Below are positions 25,845 through 36,404 of a stretch of 64,000 bases of DNA, piece by piece. A program made the translations under genes and the position numbers. The notes below the pieces were generated by a model, which saw only the letters and a program-made list of their open reading frames with translations, searched no databases and was not told where the DNA came from. The stretch comes from Scenedesmus sp. PABB004 (Eukaryota), in NCBI GenBank assembly GCA_014905635.1, contig JABVCE010000005.1, forward strand, positions 558,001-622,000, read 5' to 3'. The stretch's first letter is position 1. Every line of letters starts with the position of its first letter.

Positions 25845-27829
25845 ATGGTGGACGCGCCCACGCTGCTGGCGGGTCCGGGGCCGTTCGTGTCTGGCACCAC
25901 GGGCCGCCTGCTGCGCGTCGGCGAGCTGCGTGCGTCCCTGGCGCGGCGGCGGGGCCGGCCCGCGCGGCCGCGCGCGCCCAGCGCCCGCGGCTCACCGCCG
26001 TCCCCGCCCCCGCAGCGTCGCAAGCGTTGCCGGCCCGCGTGCGGGACACGGCGCCGACCAAGAAGCGCAAGCTGGTGCGGCGCCGGCCGCCGCGCCGCGC
26101 TGCCTGCCCCGCGGCGGCCGCGGCGCCTGCGGCGGCGGCGGCAGCAGCACAACCTCACCGCCGCCGCCGCCGCCTGCGCGCCGCCGCCACCGCCGCAGCC
26201 GCCGGGGCGGGCTGGTTCGGAGGAGCCGAGCGAGCTGCTGAGCCCGGCCGGCCCCGCGAGCAGCGCGGGCAAGAGCAAGGGCGGCCCGCCCGGCGGCGGC
26301 GTGACGCTGCTGGACATGATCTCCGCCGGCGTGCTGCGCCCGGGGCGCGACAACGCGGCCGTGACGTACAAGGGCATCACGCACGCGGGCAGCGTGCAGG
26401 CCAACGGCACCATCCTGTTCAGGGGTGCGCCGCGAGCGCGCGGCGGCCGGCAGGCGCGCGCCGCAGCGGCGGCAGCCGGCCCACGCGCGTGCCGCCGCAG
26501 GCACCGAGTTCACCACGCCCAGCGCGTTTTCGGTGTACGTCAAACGCCTCGTCACGCCGCTGAAGCAGGGCGACGACGGCTGGCACAGCGTGTGCGTCGA
26601 CGGCGTGATGCTGCACCAGCTGCGCGCGCGCTACCACGCGCGCGGCGCGGGCGCGGCGCCGCCGCGGCAGCAGCAGCTGGCGCGGCCGCAGGGGGCGGCG
26701 GGGCAGCGGCAGCAGAGCCCGGGCACGCTGCCGCCGCTGCCGCGGCCCAGGCCGCAGGGCTCGACGGGCGCGCAGTCGCGGCCGAAGGCCAAGTCCCCGC
26801 TGCAGGCGCAGCACGGACGACTGCCGCAGCAGCGGCCGCCCGGCCAGTCGCCGCTCAAGCTGCACCTACCGCAGCGCCCCGGCGCGCCGCAGCAGCGGCC
26901 GTCGGGCCCGCAGCAGCCGCGGCCGCCGGGCGCGCCGGCGCAGCAGCAGCAGCAGCAGCAGCAGCCGAGCCCAGGCGGGGAGCAGCCAAGCAAGAAGCTC
27001 AAGCTCTCGGTCGGCAAGGCAGCCATGCCGCAGCTGAAAGAGGCGGCGGCAGCGGCCAGGGCAAAGGCCGAGCTGCGCAGCAAGGTGCGCAGGGGGCGCG
27101 TGCAGGGAGCGCGTGGCGGCCGCACCGCCGAGCGCGCGCCGGCCGCGTCGCCCATGCCGCCGGCGCCGCCCCCGCTCGCCGCAGGCCAAGGCGGCGCTGG
27201 CGGCGGCCGCGAGCCCCACGCCCTCATCGTCGGGGGCCGGCGGCGCGGCGCGCACCGCGTCGGGGGCCGGCGGGGCGGCACGCACCGCGTCCGGCCCGGG
27301 GCCCGCGCGGCAGCGGCCGCCAGGCGTGCCGCGCCCGCGGCCGCGGCCCACCACGCCCGGCGCGCCGCGCCCGGCGGGCGCCGCACCGCGGCCGCCGGGC
27401 GCGTCGCCCCGCCCGCCGGGCGCCGCGCCCCGCCCGCCAGGCTCCGCGGCGCGCCCGTCCGGGCCCATGTCGCTGCGCCTGCCGGCTCCGCGCCCGCCGG
27501 CGCCCGTGGCGGCGCCGGCAGCAGCTGCGCCCGCGGCGCCGCCCGGCGCCGCCGCCCCGACCGCGCCGCCCGGCGCCGCTGCCCCGGCCGCGCCGCCGGC
27601 GCCCGCGCCGCCGCCCACGGCCACGCCCGAGGCGCACTGGGTCGTGTGCGGGCGCTGCGAGGTGCGGCGGCGCGTGCCGGACGCGGCGTGGCCGGGTCTC
27701 TCGGCGGCGAAGCGCGCCGAGTTCATGTGCGAGGACGCGCATTGGGACCTGGAGGCGGCGGAGCCCTTCACCGCGGGCTGCCTCTCGGACGCGTGGGTCG
27801 ACGGCGGCGCCGAGGCCGGCGGCGGCTGA
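25845..27829 (+). CDS. RAMA-domain + CW-type zinc-finger protein, multi-exon
   Basis: RAMA-like VTLLDMISAGVLRPG...VTYKG...G.I.F|GTEFTTPSAFSVYVKR...DDGWHSV...LHQLRARY; C-terminal HWVVCGRCEVRRRV...EFMCEDAHW...C; Pro/Gln linker. Confidence 0.72.
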
Positions 27830-28097
27830 GCGGCTGCCCCGGGCGGCTGCCGCGCGCGGCGAGCCGCCGGCCGGGCGGTCATGACCGCAACGCGCTGATC
27901 AGCGCGTTGCTGCGCAGCTGCGTTGCAAGCAGTTGCCGACACACGTGTGCACACTCCACTCGGCGTCCCTCGGCGCGCCGCCCGGCTCCGCAGCTCTCTC
28001 TCTCGCTCGCGCCGCCAGCCGCGCGCGCGCCGGTCCCAACCGCAGCCGTCACGGGACGCCCGTGACCGCGCGCCGCGCGCCGCGCGCCGCGCGCGCC

Positions 28098-30028
28098 CTA
28101 CAACCGCCAGTCCTTGTGCTGCTCCAGCTCCGCGTCGTCCTCAAACCACGTGCTCGTCTTGTAGCCGCGGCGCAGGAAGGCCATCGTGCTGCCCGCCTCC
28201 TCGGTGTTGAGCCCCATCGCCGCCATGAGCTCCTCCTTGACGTCGCCCAGGTTGTAGCGCACCGCGTCCTCTGCGATGCACGCGTAGTCGCCGCTGTCCT
28301 GCTTCAGCAGCACCTGCGCGGCGCGCGGCACACACACGCGCCGAGTCGCGGCCCGGCACGCGGCGCGGCGCAGCGGCGGGCGCCCGCCCGCGCCGCCGCC
28401 GCCCGCGCCGCCGGCAGCCCGCAGCGCGGCGCGCACCTGCCAGGGGCCCGGGTACTCCCTGAAGAGCGCGCCCGAGTAGTTGATGATGAACGGCGCCGCC
28501 GCGACGCTCTTGCTGTAGTCGCGCGCGCGCAGGAAAAACGCGGCGCGCACGCGCGACAGGAACCTGTAGTGCACGTCCTTGGGCGGGTAGCCCAGCAGGC
28601 CGAGGTCGCCGCGCAGCGTGTCGAGCTCGAGGTTCCACGTCACCACCGGCTTGCCCGCCGCGACCTGCGGCGGCGCGTGCGGCGCGCCGTCGGGCGGCGC
28701 GGCGCCGCGCTGCCAGCCGCGCTGCCGGCCGCGCTGCCGGCTGCGCGGGCCTGGCCGGCGCGCCGCAAGGCTGCGAGGTGCGCAGGGGGCCGCACCGTGA
28801 GCGTGTACTCCTCCAGCGCCGGCAGCTCCACGCCCGTGACGTTGGCCACGATGAACACGTCGGCAGCAGCGCCTGCGCGCGCGTGCAGCGGCGGCGCGCG
28901 GTGGCGACGCGGGGCTCGGCTGCGGCCGCACTGCGCCGCGCACACGCCGCACACACGCCGCGCCGCGCGCGCGCCTGCGGCTGCCGGGTCGGGCGCGCCG
29001 CCGGCGAAGAGGGACTGGAGGCCTGAGAGCAGGTCGGCGGGCTTGGCCTCCTTCAGGTGCCCGAGGCTCACGCCGGGCATCAGGTCCAGCGTGGACTTGA
29101 ACCTGCGGGCCGGTCGGACGGCCGGGCGGGGGCGGGGGTCGAGCCGGCCGCGCCGCGGCGGCCAGCCGGTGCGGCGTGCTGCTGCTTGCGCCGCGGCGGC
29201 CTGCCGGCGCGCCCGGGTGCGGCGCCCTGATGGCGCGGCGCCCTGATGGCGCGGCGCGGCGCCGCGCTCACATCTTGAACGACCGCGCATACTCGCCCAG
29301 GTCGGGCGCGACGATGTGCACCTTCTTGCCCGTGGCCGCGATCTGGCGGGCGCCAGGCCGCGCGGGCGCGACGAGCGGCGGCGCGCCGGCGTCGGCGGCG
29401 GGCGCGGGCGCACGCGGCGCGCGCGGCGCACGCGCGCCAGCGCCGGCGCCGGCGCCAGCGCCGGCGGCCCAGCCGCGCAGCCTTGTGGCGCACCAGCTTG
29501 CCGGCGAGCAGGGCGTACTGGATGTTGCTGTCGATGAAGAGGTCGCTGCTGCCCTTGTACGCTGCGCGGCTCGCGGCCGGCGGCGGCGCGTGGGCGCGCG
29601 CGTGGCGGGGGGCGCGTGCGGCGCGCGCGTGGCGGGGGGCGCGGAGGGAGAGGGCGGCGGGGGCGCGGGAGGGGGAGAGGCAGGGGGCGGCGGCGCGCAC
29701 CGTCGATGTTGGTCGGCACGGCGGGGAACTCGACCTCCATCAGCGCCACGCCGTCCGCGATCGCCGCGAGCACCGCGCGGCTCGCGTCCTGCACCAGCTC
29801 CGAGTAGGACGCGGGGCGGTAGGTCATGCGCCCCGCGCCGCGCGCCGGCGGCGCGGCCGGCGCGCCGCCCTCCGCCGCGCCGGCCGCCGCCGCAGCCGCG
29901 CGCGCCGCGCGCCGCGCCGCCGCGCCGTGGCCGCCGGGCCGCGCCGGCGCGGGCGCGAACGCGCGGCCTCGGGCTGCTGGGTCTGCGGCTCGCCGCGCCC
30001 CCGCGGGCGCGCCGCAGGCGAGGCGCAT
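28098..30028 (-). CDS. LPA3: LPA3 (low PSII accumulation 3; DUF1995), plastid-targeted, multi-exon
   Basis: [13 protein letters not shown]...[85 protein letters not shown]...WR. Confidence 0.93.
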
Positions 30029-30450
30029 TGGGGTCCTGTGGTGATGGGCGGGCCGCTGCTGCCGCGGGCAGCGTCTGTGGCGACCGGCGGGCGCGGAGCG
30101 AGCGGGGCGCAGCGAGGCGTGCACGCGAGACTGGGCGCCGGATTGCGGGGCTGCCGCGATTGCGCGGGGGAGGAGCAGCTGTGGGGCCGCGGTGCAGGCG
30201 CAGCGGGCCCGCGGTCCAGCACCGCGCCCGCTCGCATGCCGTGGTCGCGTCCGAGCACGCCCGCGCGCTCACACGCGCCCCGCCAGCCTCACACCCCCCC
30301 TGCGCTCACCGGCCCCGCAGCGAGTACGCCCACCGATCGCAGCAGATGGCTCGCGCGCCCGCCTGAGGCTACCGCAGTCGTTACCCACCGCGCCACGCGG
30401 AGCACGGGCCGGTCCGGCGCCGGTCCTGCACGCGCTCGGCGTCCAGCAGC

Positions 30451-32031
30451 ATGCTCGCGCCCGCCACGGCGCTCGGGACGGGCTGTGGCGCTGCTCGGCA
30501 CGCGGCCCGGGCCTGCCCGCGACCGGGAGCCGCGCTGGCGCGGCCCGGCGCCCCGCGCTGCCTGCGCCCGGCGCCCGCCAGCGCCGCGCACGCCCCGCGA
30601 GGCGCACCCGCCCGCGCCGGCGCGCTGGGCGGCCGCCCGGGGGCGGACCGCCGCCCGAGGCACGGCGTGGTGGCGGCGGCAGGTGCGGGCACGGCCCCGC
30701 GGCGGCGCGGCGCCCGCGCGCAACCGCCGCTGCTGCTGACGCCGCGCGGCCGCGTGGCTGTCGCCGCCCGCAGCCGACGACGCCGAGCCGGGGCCCTTCC
30801 CCTTTGACGAGGCCGACTACCACCGGTGCGCACGGGCGGGGGCGCGGGCGCGGGGCGCCGGGCGCGGGGCTTGGGCGGGCGCTGCTGCCGCGCAGCAGAG
30901 AGAGGGAGCCTGCGCCGCCGCGCGCGCCGCAGCCTGGAATTTGTGAAGGAGCCCTACGGCCCCGTGGCCATCGACTCGGCCAACTCGCAGTGGCGAGGTG
31001 CGCGCCACTGCCACTGCGCCCGCGCCGCGCGGGGCGGCGCGCCGGCCGGCGCGTCGTGTGGGCGACGCCCCTCCACGCGCCCGCCGCCGCCGCCGCCGCC
31101 GCGCGCGCCTCCGCCAGGCGTGCTGCTGTTCCAGGTCGCGGGGCAGCCGGGCCCGGCGCACGAGGACACGCGCGTGATGGAGATCTTTATCAGCGGCGAC
31201 GCCTGCATCTCCATCTACACGCACCTCTGCCCCAGCGACAACACGCGCCCCATGGCGCTCGACATCCTCTGGCAGGCGCGCGCGGCGGGGCCGCGCCGCC
31301 CGCGCGCGGCCGCGGGCGGCGCGCCGCGAAACCGTGCCGCCCCTCGCGCCGCCGCCGCGCGCCGCTCACGCCGCCGCGCGCCGCTCACGCCGCCGCGCGC
31401 TCGCGCGCGCGCGCGCCGCAGATGTGGCAGCGCGGGCGCACGATCAGCCGGCGCGACTGGACGCTGCTGCGCGTCGCGGTCGTCGCGTGCGTGAACGACG
31501 TCTACTACGGCCGCCTCTTCTTCGGCGACCCCGAGACCGGCGCGGTGCACTGGGACTGCGACGTGCGGCCGAGCGACGCGACCTTTCTCGCGCTCAAGGC
31601 CAAGGCCCCGATGTACGTCAAGCGCACCGTGTGGGACGCGTGCTCCGCGCCGCTGCGCAACAGCAGCACCTGGGCGACCGTCAACTACGTCGAGGGGCAG
31701 CGCGAGGCCGCGAGGCGCGCGGGCGCGCTCGAGAAGCGCAGGCGCGGCGCGGCGCGGCGCGCGGGGCGTGTGGGCGCGCGCGGCGCGGCGCTGGGCGCGC
31801 GCGGGCGCACGCAGCAGCCGACGCCGCCGCCGCCGCCTGGGCCGCCCGCCGCGCCCGCGCAGCGCGTCGGCCGCGGCCGGGCCGGCGCCCGACACGCTGC
31901 CGGCGATCCGGCTGCTGATGCGTGAGATGGAGGTCGCGGTGCGGGAGGAGGACTACGCCGCCGCGGCGCGCCTGCGCGACCACCCCTGGATGCGGCTGGC
32001 CGAGGACATCAACATGCACCGGTGCGCCCGC

Positions 32032-32062
<31 letters not shown>

Positions 32063-32461
32063 GTCGCCGCCGCCGCCGCCGCCGTCGCCGCCGCCGCGCG
32101 GGCGCAGGCGCGTGCGCGCCGCCGCGCCCCCGCCGCCGCGCCCCCGCCCACGCACGCGCCGCCCTGCCCGCCCCTCTGTCCCCGCCGCCTCGCGCCTGCC
32201 CGCCCGCCCGCCGGCAGGTCCATCGGCTACTACGACCAGGCGCACAAGCTCATGGGCGACCTGCGGCGCCTCATCGACGCGCACGAGAGCGCGGTGGGGC
32301 GCGACTACGAGGCCCGGCTCACCGCGCAGCACGCGGCGCGCGAGCGGCTCGACCAGCTGCTGCGCCACCAGGGCCCCGCCGGCGCGGGCGGCGCGCCGCA
32401 GCCGCCGGCGGCGGGCGAGGGCTGGGAGGTGCAGCAGAACGAGAGCAGCAAGCGCGACTGA
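30451..32461 (+). CDS. Bifunctional nuclease (DUF151) with UVR domain, transit-peptide-like N-terminus, multi-exon
   Basis: RPMALDIL; LLRVAVV...DVYYGRLFFG...DVRPSDA..LALKAKAPMYVKRTV (DUF151); LMREMEVAVREEDYAAAARLRD (UVR). Confidence 0.85.
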
Positions 32462-33111
32462 GCGCGGCGCGGCGCGGCGCGCGCGCCGCGCGGGAGCACG
32501 CACGCAGCAGCGGCGGGCGGCGCTGCGGCGCGCGCGCGCGTCGCTGCGCGCGGGCCGGCTCGCACGCTGCGCCGCGCCGGCCCGCGGCCGGCCCGCGCCC
32601 TCCGCGCGCTGGGCGGCCCTGGGCGGCACACGGCTTGGCGCACGCACTTTACTTGGCTGTGACTGCGTGGGTGTGTGTGTGGGCGTGCCGGCGGCGGCGC
32701 GTTGACCGGTTGGCGTATTACTCGCGTGCGTTGCGTGCTGGCGGCTGTGCCCCTAGACCCCTCAGGCCCCTCGTCCTGCAGCCGGCTCAGAACGCTCACC
32801 GCGCCCCCACTCGCGGGGCCGCGATTGCCCGGGGCGCCTCCGCCGGTTTTTGCTGCTGTACATTAGAGCCTCTCACCGCTAGAGCCTCTCCAGCCGGCGC
32901 ACCCTCGCCCTCTGTACAGTGTGTGTGCATTGACAATTGATGCTAGCAGCGCTGCGCGCGGCGTCGGCGCCCCCGGGCGCCGGGGTTTTGGAAGGAGAAG
33001 CTGCGTTCCGTGGCAACGCCTTTGTGTGAGTACGCTGCCGCGCGCGTCCCGCGCGTCTCGCGCGGCGCAGGGTGTAACTTCGAGCCGTCCCTGCTGCTGG
33101 AGCGGGCGAGC

Positions 33112-34759
33112 ATGCTGCGCCGGCTGCTGCTGCTGCTCGTGGCGGCGGCGGCGCTCGCCGCCAAAGCCGAAGCTGCAGCGGCGCCGGGGCCGTGCGCCGC
33201 CTGCCGCGCGGTCGGCGGGCTGTGGCTGGCCACGCCCAGCGCCGTGCGACCGCTGTGCAGGACGTCCGTGCAGCACGGGGGTGCGGCGCTGGCCGCCGCG
33301 CGCAGCAGCAGCAGCAGGCGTCACCGGGTGACGTTGCCGGGCAGCGCGCGAACGCCCGCCTCCCCCACCGCGCAGGCCGTGCGCGCGTCGTGGACGTCTA
33401 CTTCCCCGACGACGTGGCGGTCGGCGGCAACGTGACGTGAGCGCGCGCGGCGGCACGCGGGCGGCGGCACGCGCCGCGCCGCACGAGCGCGCCCGCCGGG
33501 CCGCGGGGGCCCGTCGCAAAACGAACAAGAACCCTCGCAGCAGCGAAACACTGACGTTTCCACCGCCACCGCCGCCGCTGCAGGTACGAGGCGTACGTCT
33601 ACCTGCACGGCGTGCACGCCGCCGAGTGGTTCGTCGCCGACAGCCCCGCGTGGGCGGCGCTGCGGCGCGCGTGGCCCCTGCCGCTCGCGGGCGCGGCGCA
33701 GGTCGCCGACCTCGGCGTGCTCGCGCCGGGTGCGCCCATCACGGCGGCGCCGCCGCCGGGCCGCGGGGCCGACGGCTGCGGCGGCGGCGGCAAGGCCGGC
33801 GGCGGCAACGGCGTGAAGCAGGCCCGCACCGTGCTCATCGTGCCGCAGGCGGCCGGCACGGTGGAGCGGGGCCAGGTGCGCGCGCGCCCGGGGCGGCCGG
33901 CGCGGGCGCGGCGCGCGCGGTGCGCGGCGCGCGGCGGGGCGCGGGGCGCGCGCCCACGGGCCGGCGGCGCGCGCCGCGCCGCAGATGTGGACCACGGGCT
34001 GGTGGCCGTGCGTCGCCTCGGTCGGGCTGTGCGCTGACGCGGGCGTCGACGACGTGAGGTTCATTGCCACGCTGCTGTCCAGCCTCGCCGCCGGGCGGCT
34101 GCTGCCGGGGCTGCCGCTGGGGGCCGCCAAGGCGCACCTGGTCGGCTACTCGAACGGCGGCATGCTCGCGCAGACGCTGCTGTGCGCCCGGCCGGACGTC
34201 GTGGGCGCGCTCGCGAGCGTCACCCTGCTCGCGTCGACGCTGGGCCGGGAGTTTGCGGCGGGGCGGTGCGCGCGGCCGCTGCCGCGCAGCCTGCCCCTGC
34301 TCTGGGTGCACGGCACCGCCGACGCGACGCTGCCGTACGGCCCTGGGCAGAGCGAGGGCGTCGCCGTGCTCGGCGCGGGTGAGCAGCGCGCGCCCGCGCG
34401 GGCGCGGACCCCCCGCGCGCGCGCGCGCCGCTGCCCCGCGCGCCCGGCGCGCCGCCGACGGCCGGCCCCGCGCCCGCCGCCGCCGCCGCCCCGCGGCAGA
34501 GGCGGCCGTGCGGCTCTGGGCGGCGCGCATGGGCTGCGGCCCCGCCGCCGCGGCCGCGCCCGCGGCGGTGCACAGCGACGCCGCCGTCGGCGTCGAGTGC
34601 CGGAGCTTCTGCGCCGCCGCCGCGCGGCCGCCGGTCGTGCTCTGCACGGTCGCGGGCGGCAGCCACCTGCTGCTCGCGCGCCCGCTGCCGCGCGGCTGGG
34701 CGGCGGGGCTCGCGCGCTGGGCGGGCGGCGGTTTTGCGGGCGCGCCGACGCTTTTTTGA
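33112..34759 (+). CDS. Secreted alpha/beta-hydrolase, LpqC / PHB-depolymerase-like esterase, multi-exon
   Basis: Signal peptide MLRRLLLLLVAAAALAAKAEA; YLHG; DDVRFIATLL; nucleophile GYSNGGMLA; HGTADATLP (Asp); GGSH (His). Confidence 0.8.
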
Positions 34760-35153
34760 TTTGAGGCCGGCGGGGGGGCCATGCGGCCGCGCCGGGCGAT
34801 GGTCAAGGCCGGGGGCCGCGCGGCAGGAACGCGCGCGCGCCGCCGAGGGTGCTTTCTGGCGGCGCGCGGCGTGGCCGCAGCGTGCGGCTTTGAGGTGTGG
34901 CCGCCGGGCGCACGCAACAGTTGTCTCGCAGGCTGGGTTCAGCGCCCTGCCAGCTTGGCCTCCCGACTCCCGGCGTGGGGCGCGCGGCCACGGTGCGCCC
35001 CGCGATCGCAACTGCTGCCGATTGCAACACCGGCCGCCTGCGGGGCGCACTGGCGCGCGATGGGGCAGGGGGCCTGTTTGGCGGCGCGGCCGCTGCTCGC
35101 TGCGCCGCGCCGCGGCCGCGGCCGCCGCCCGGCTGACGCGTGCGCTGCCCCCT

Positions 35154-35269
35154 TGTACACCCGCCCGCCCGCCCGCCGAACAGATCGCGGCAGGTTTGTA
35201 GTGCTGCCAGACCCACGACGGCAGCACTACAACACCTGGCGCGATCTGTTCGGCGGCGAGCGCGCCGCG
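35154..35269 (+). repeat. ~116-bp direct repeat, copy 1 (contains hairpin H1)
   Basis: TGTACACCCGCCC...GTAGTGCTGCCAGACCCACGACGGCAGCACTAC...GCGAGCGCGCCGCG is nearly identical to 35899-36014. Confidence 0.95.
35173..35256 (+). ncRNA. Pre-miRNA-like hairpin H1
   Basis: ~36-bp stem CCGCCGAACAGATCGCGGCAGGTTTGTAGTGCTGCC / GGCAGCACTACAACACCTGGCGCGATCTGTTCGGCGG with one mismatch, one bulge and an 11-nt loop. Confidence 0.55.
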
Positions 35270-35898
35270 GGTGCGCGACTCCGCTGGGCGCGGCGGCTGC
35301 CCGCCGCGCGCGGGGCGTGCCGCACGGCGCCGCCGCGGCCTGAGCGCGCTGCGCGTGCGGCGCGGGGCTCGCTCGGCCGGGGGGTGGGGGTGGCTGAACG
35401 AAGACCTCGCCCAGATGGCCAAGCCGCCAGCACGTTGCACGCCCCGGGCGCGCCAGGCCTGCGGGGGCGCGGCGCGCGGCGCGCGGCGGCGTGCGGGCTG
35501 CGCCACTGGCGCTCCGCGGCCAGCTCCCGCCCGCTCACCTTGGCCGGCGCGCCGCGCCGCCGCCCTGGCTGGCCGGCCTGGGCCCCGCGCGGGCGCGCGG
35601 GAGCCCCGCGGCGCGCGCTGCTGCAGCCGCGCGGGGCTCCAGCCGCTGCGCGGCGCGCGGCGGCCGAGCCCCGGCCCGCGCGGCGTCGGAGCGCGCTCCT
35701 GCGCTGTGCTGAACTCCACACGGCAGTTCCATGAGACGCCGGACACAGCGCGTTGATGGCCTCGTGTGCGCGCGCGCGCGCCGACGCCGCGCGCTGCCGC
35801 CAGCATCGGGCGCGCTGCTCACCTTGTGTGCTGCGCGCGCTGACCCCGCCCGCGACGCAGGGGCGCGAGGCTGATGCTGTCAGGCATGTACACCGGCA

Positions 35899-36014
35899 TG
35901 TACACCCGCCCGCCCGCCCGCCCGAACAGGTCGCGCCAGGTTTGTAGTGCTGCCAGACCCACGACGGCAGCACTACAAACCTGGCGCGATCTGTTCGGCG
36001 GCGAGCGCGCCGCG
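35899..36014 (+). repeat. ~116-bp direct repeat, copy 2 (contains hairpin H2)
   Basis: Near-identical to 35154-35269; preceded by a short GGCATGTACACC duplication. Confidence 0.95.
35922..35998 (+). ncRNA. Pre-miRNA-like hairpin H2
   Basis: 33-bp stem CCGAACAGGTCGCGCCAGGTTTGTAGTGCTGCC / GGCAGCACTACAAACCTGGCGCGATCTGTTCGG, perfect except one G:U. Confidence 0.6.
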
Positions 36015-36067
36015 TGTGCTGACCGTGCTCGCGGCCGCGACGCCGACGGGCACCCCGACGGCGACCC

Positions 36068-36158
36068 CCGGGCGGCGAGCGCGCCCGCTCGCTCCACCAG
36101 ACACAGGCCGCAGCGGCCCGTGTGTCTGGTGGAGCGAGCCGGCGCGCTCGTCGCCCGG
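36068..36158 (+). ncRNA. Pre-miRNA-like hairpin H3
   Basis: CCGGGCGGCGAGCGCGCCCGCTCGCTCCACCAGACACA / TGTGTCTGGTGGAGCGAGCCGGCGCGCTCGTCGCCCGG; ~38 bp with one G:U and one mismatch. Confidence 0.58.
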
Positions 36159-36189
36159 CAGCGCCGGCATTTTGACCTCAAAAGGCCTG

Positions 36190-36307
36190 GTGCTCGCGGC
36201 CAAGGGGGGCCGTTGCTCAGCTCGCTGCGCTTGCGCTTGGTGCTCCCGGCTTGAGCACCAAGCCAAACGGCAGCAAGTTCAGCGAGGCCCTCCTTGGCCG
36301 CGAGCAC
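36190..36307 (+). ncRNA. Pre-miRNA-like hairpin H4
   Basis: Basal stem GTGCTCGCGGCCAAGGGGGGCC / GGCCCTCCTTGGCCGCGAGCAC, imperfect middle, apical GCTTGGTGCTC / GAGCACCAAGC. Confidence 0.6.
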
Positions 36308-36308
36308 A

Positions 36309-36404
36309 CGCTCGCTGCCTTCCCGCTTGCTCTTTGCGCCTGATGAACGCGAGCCAAACCGGCGTTCATCAGCTCACAAAGATCAAGCCGGAAGGCAGCG
36401 AGTG
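36309..36404 (+). ncRNA. Pre-miRNA-like hairpin H5
   Basis: CGCTCGCTGCCTTCCCGCTTGCTCTTTGCGCCTGATGAACGC / GCGTTCATCAGCTCACAAAGATCAAGCCGGAAGGCAGCGAGTG; ~42-bp imperfect stem starting 1 nt after H4. Confidence 0.6.

Noticed and set aside
35154..36014. Palindromic direct repeats read as a CRISPR array
   Set aside because: Only two ~116-bp copies 745 bp apart, no regular spacers, no cas genes, and a eukaryotic context.
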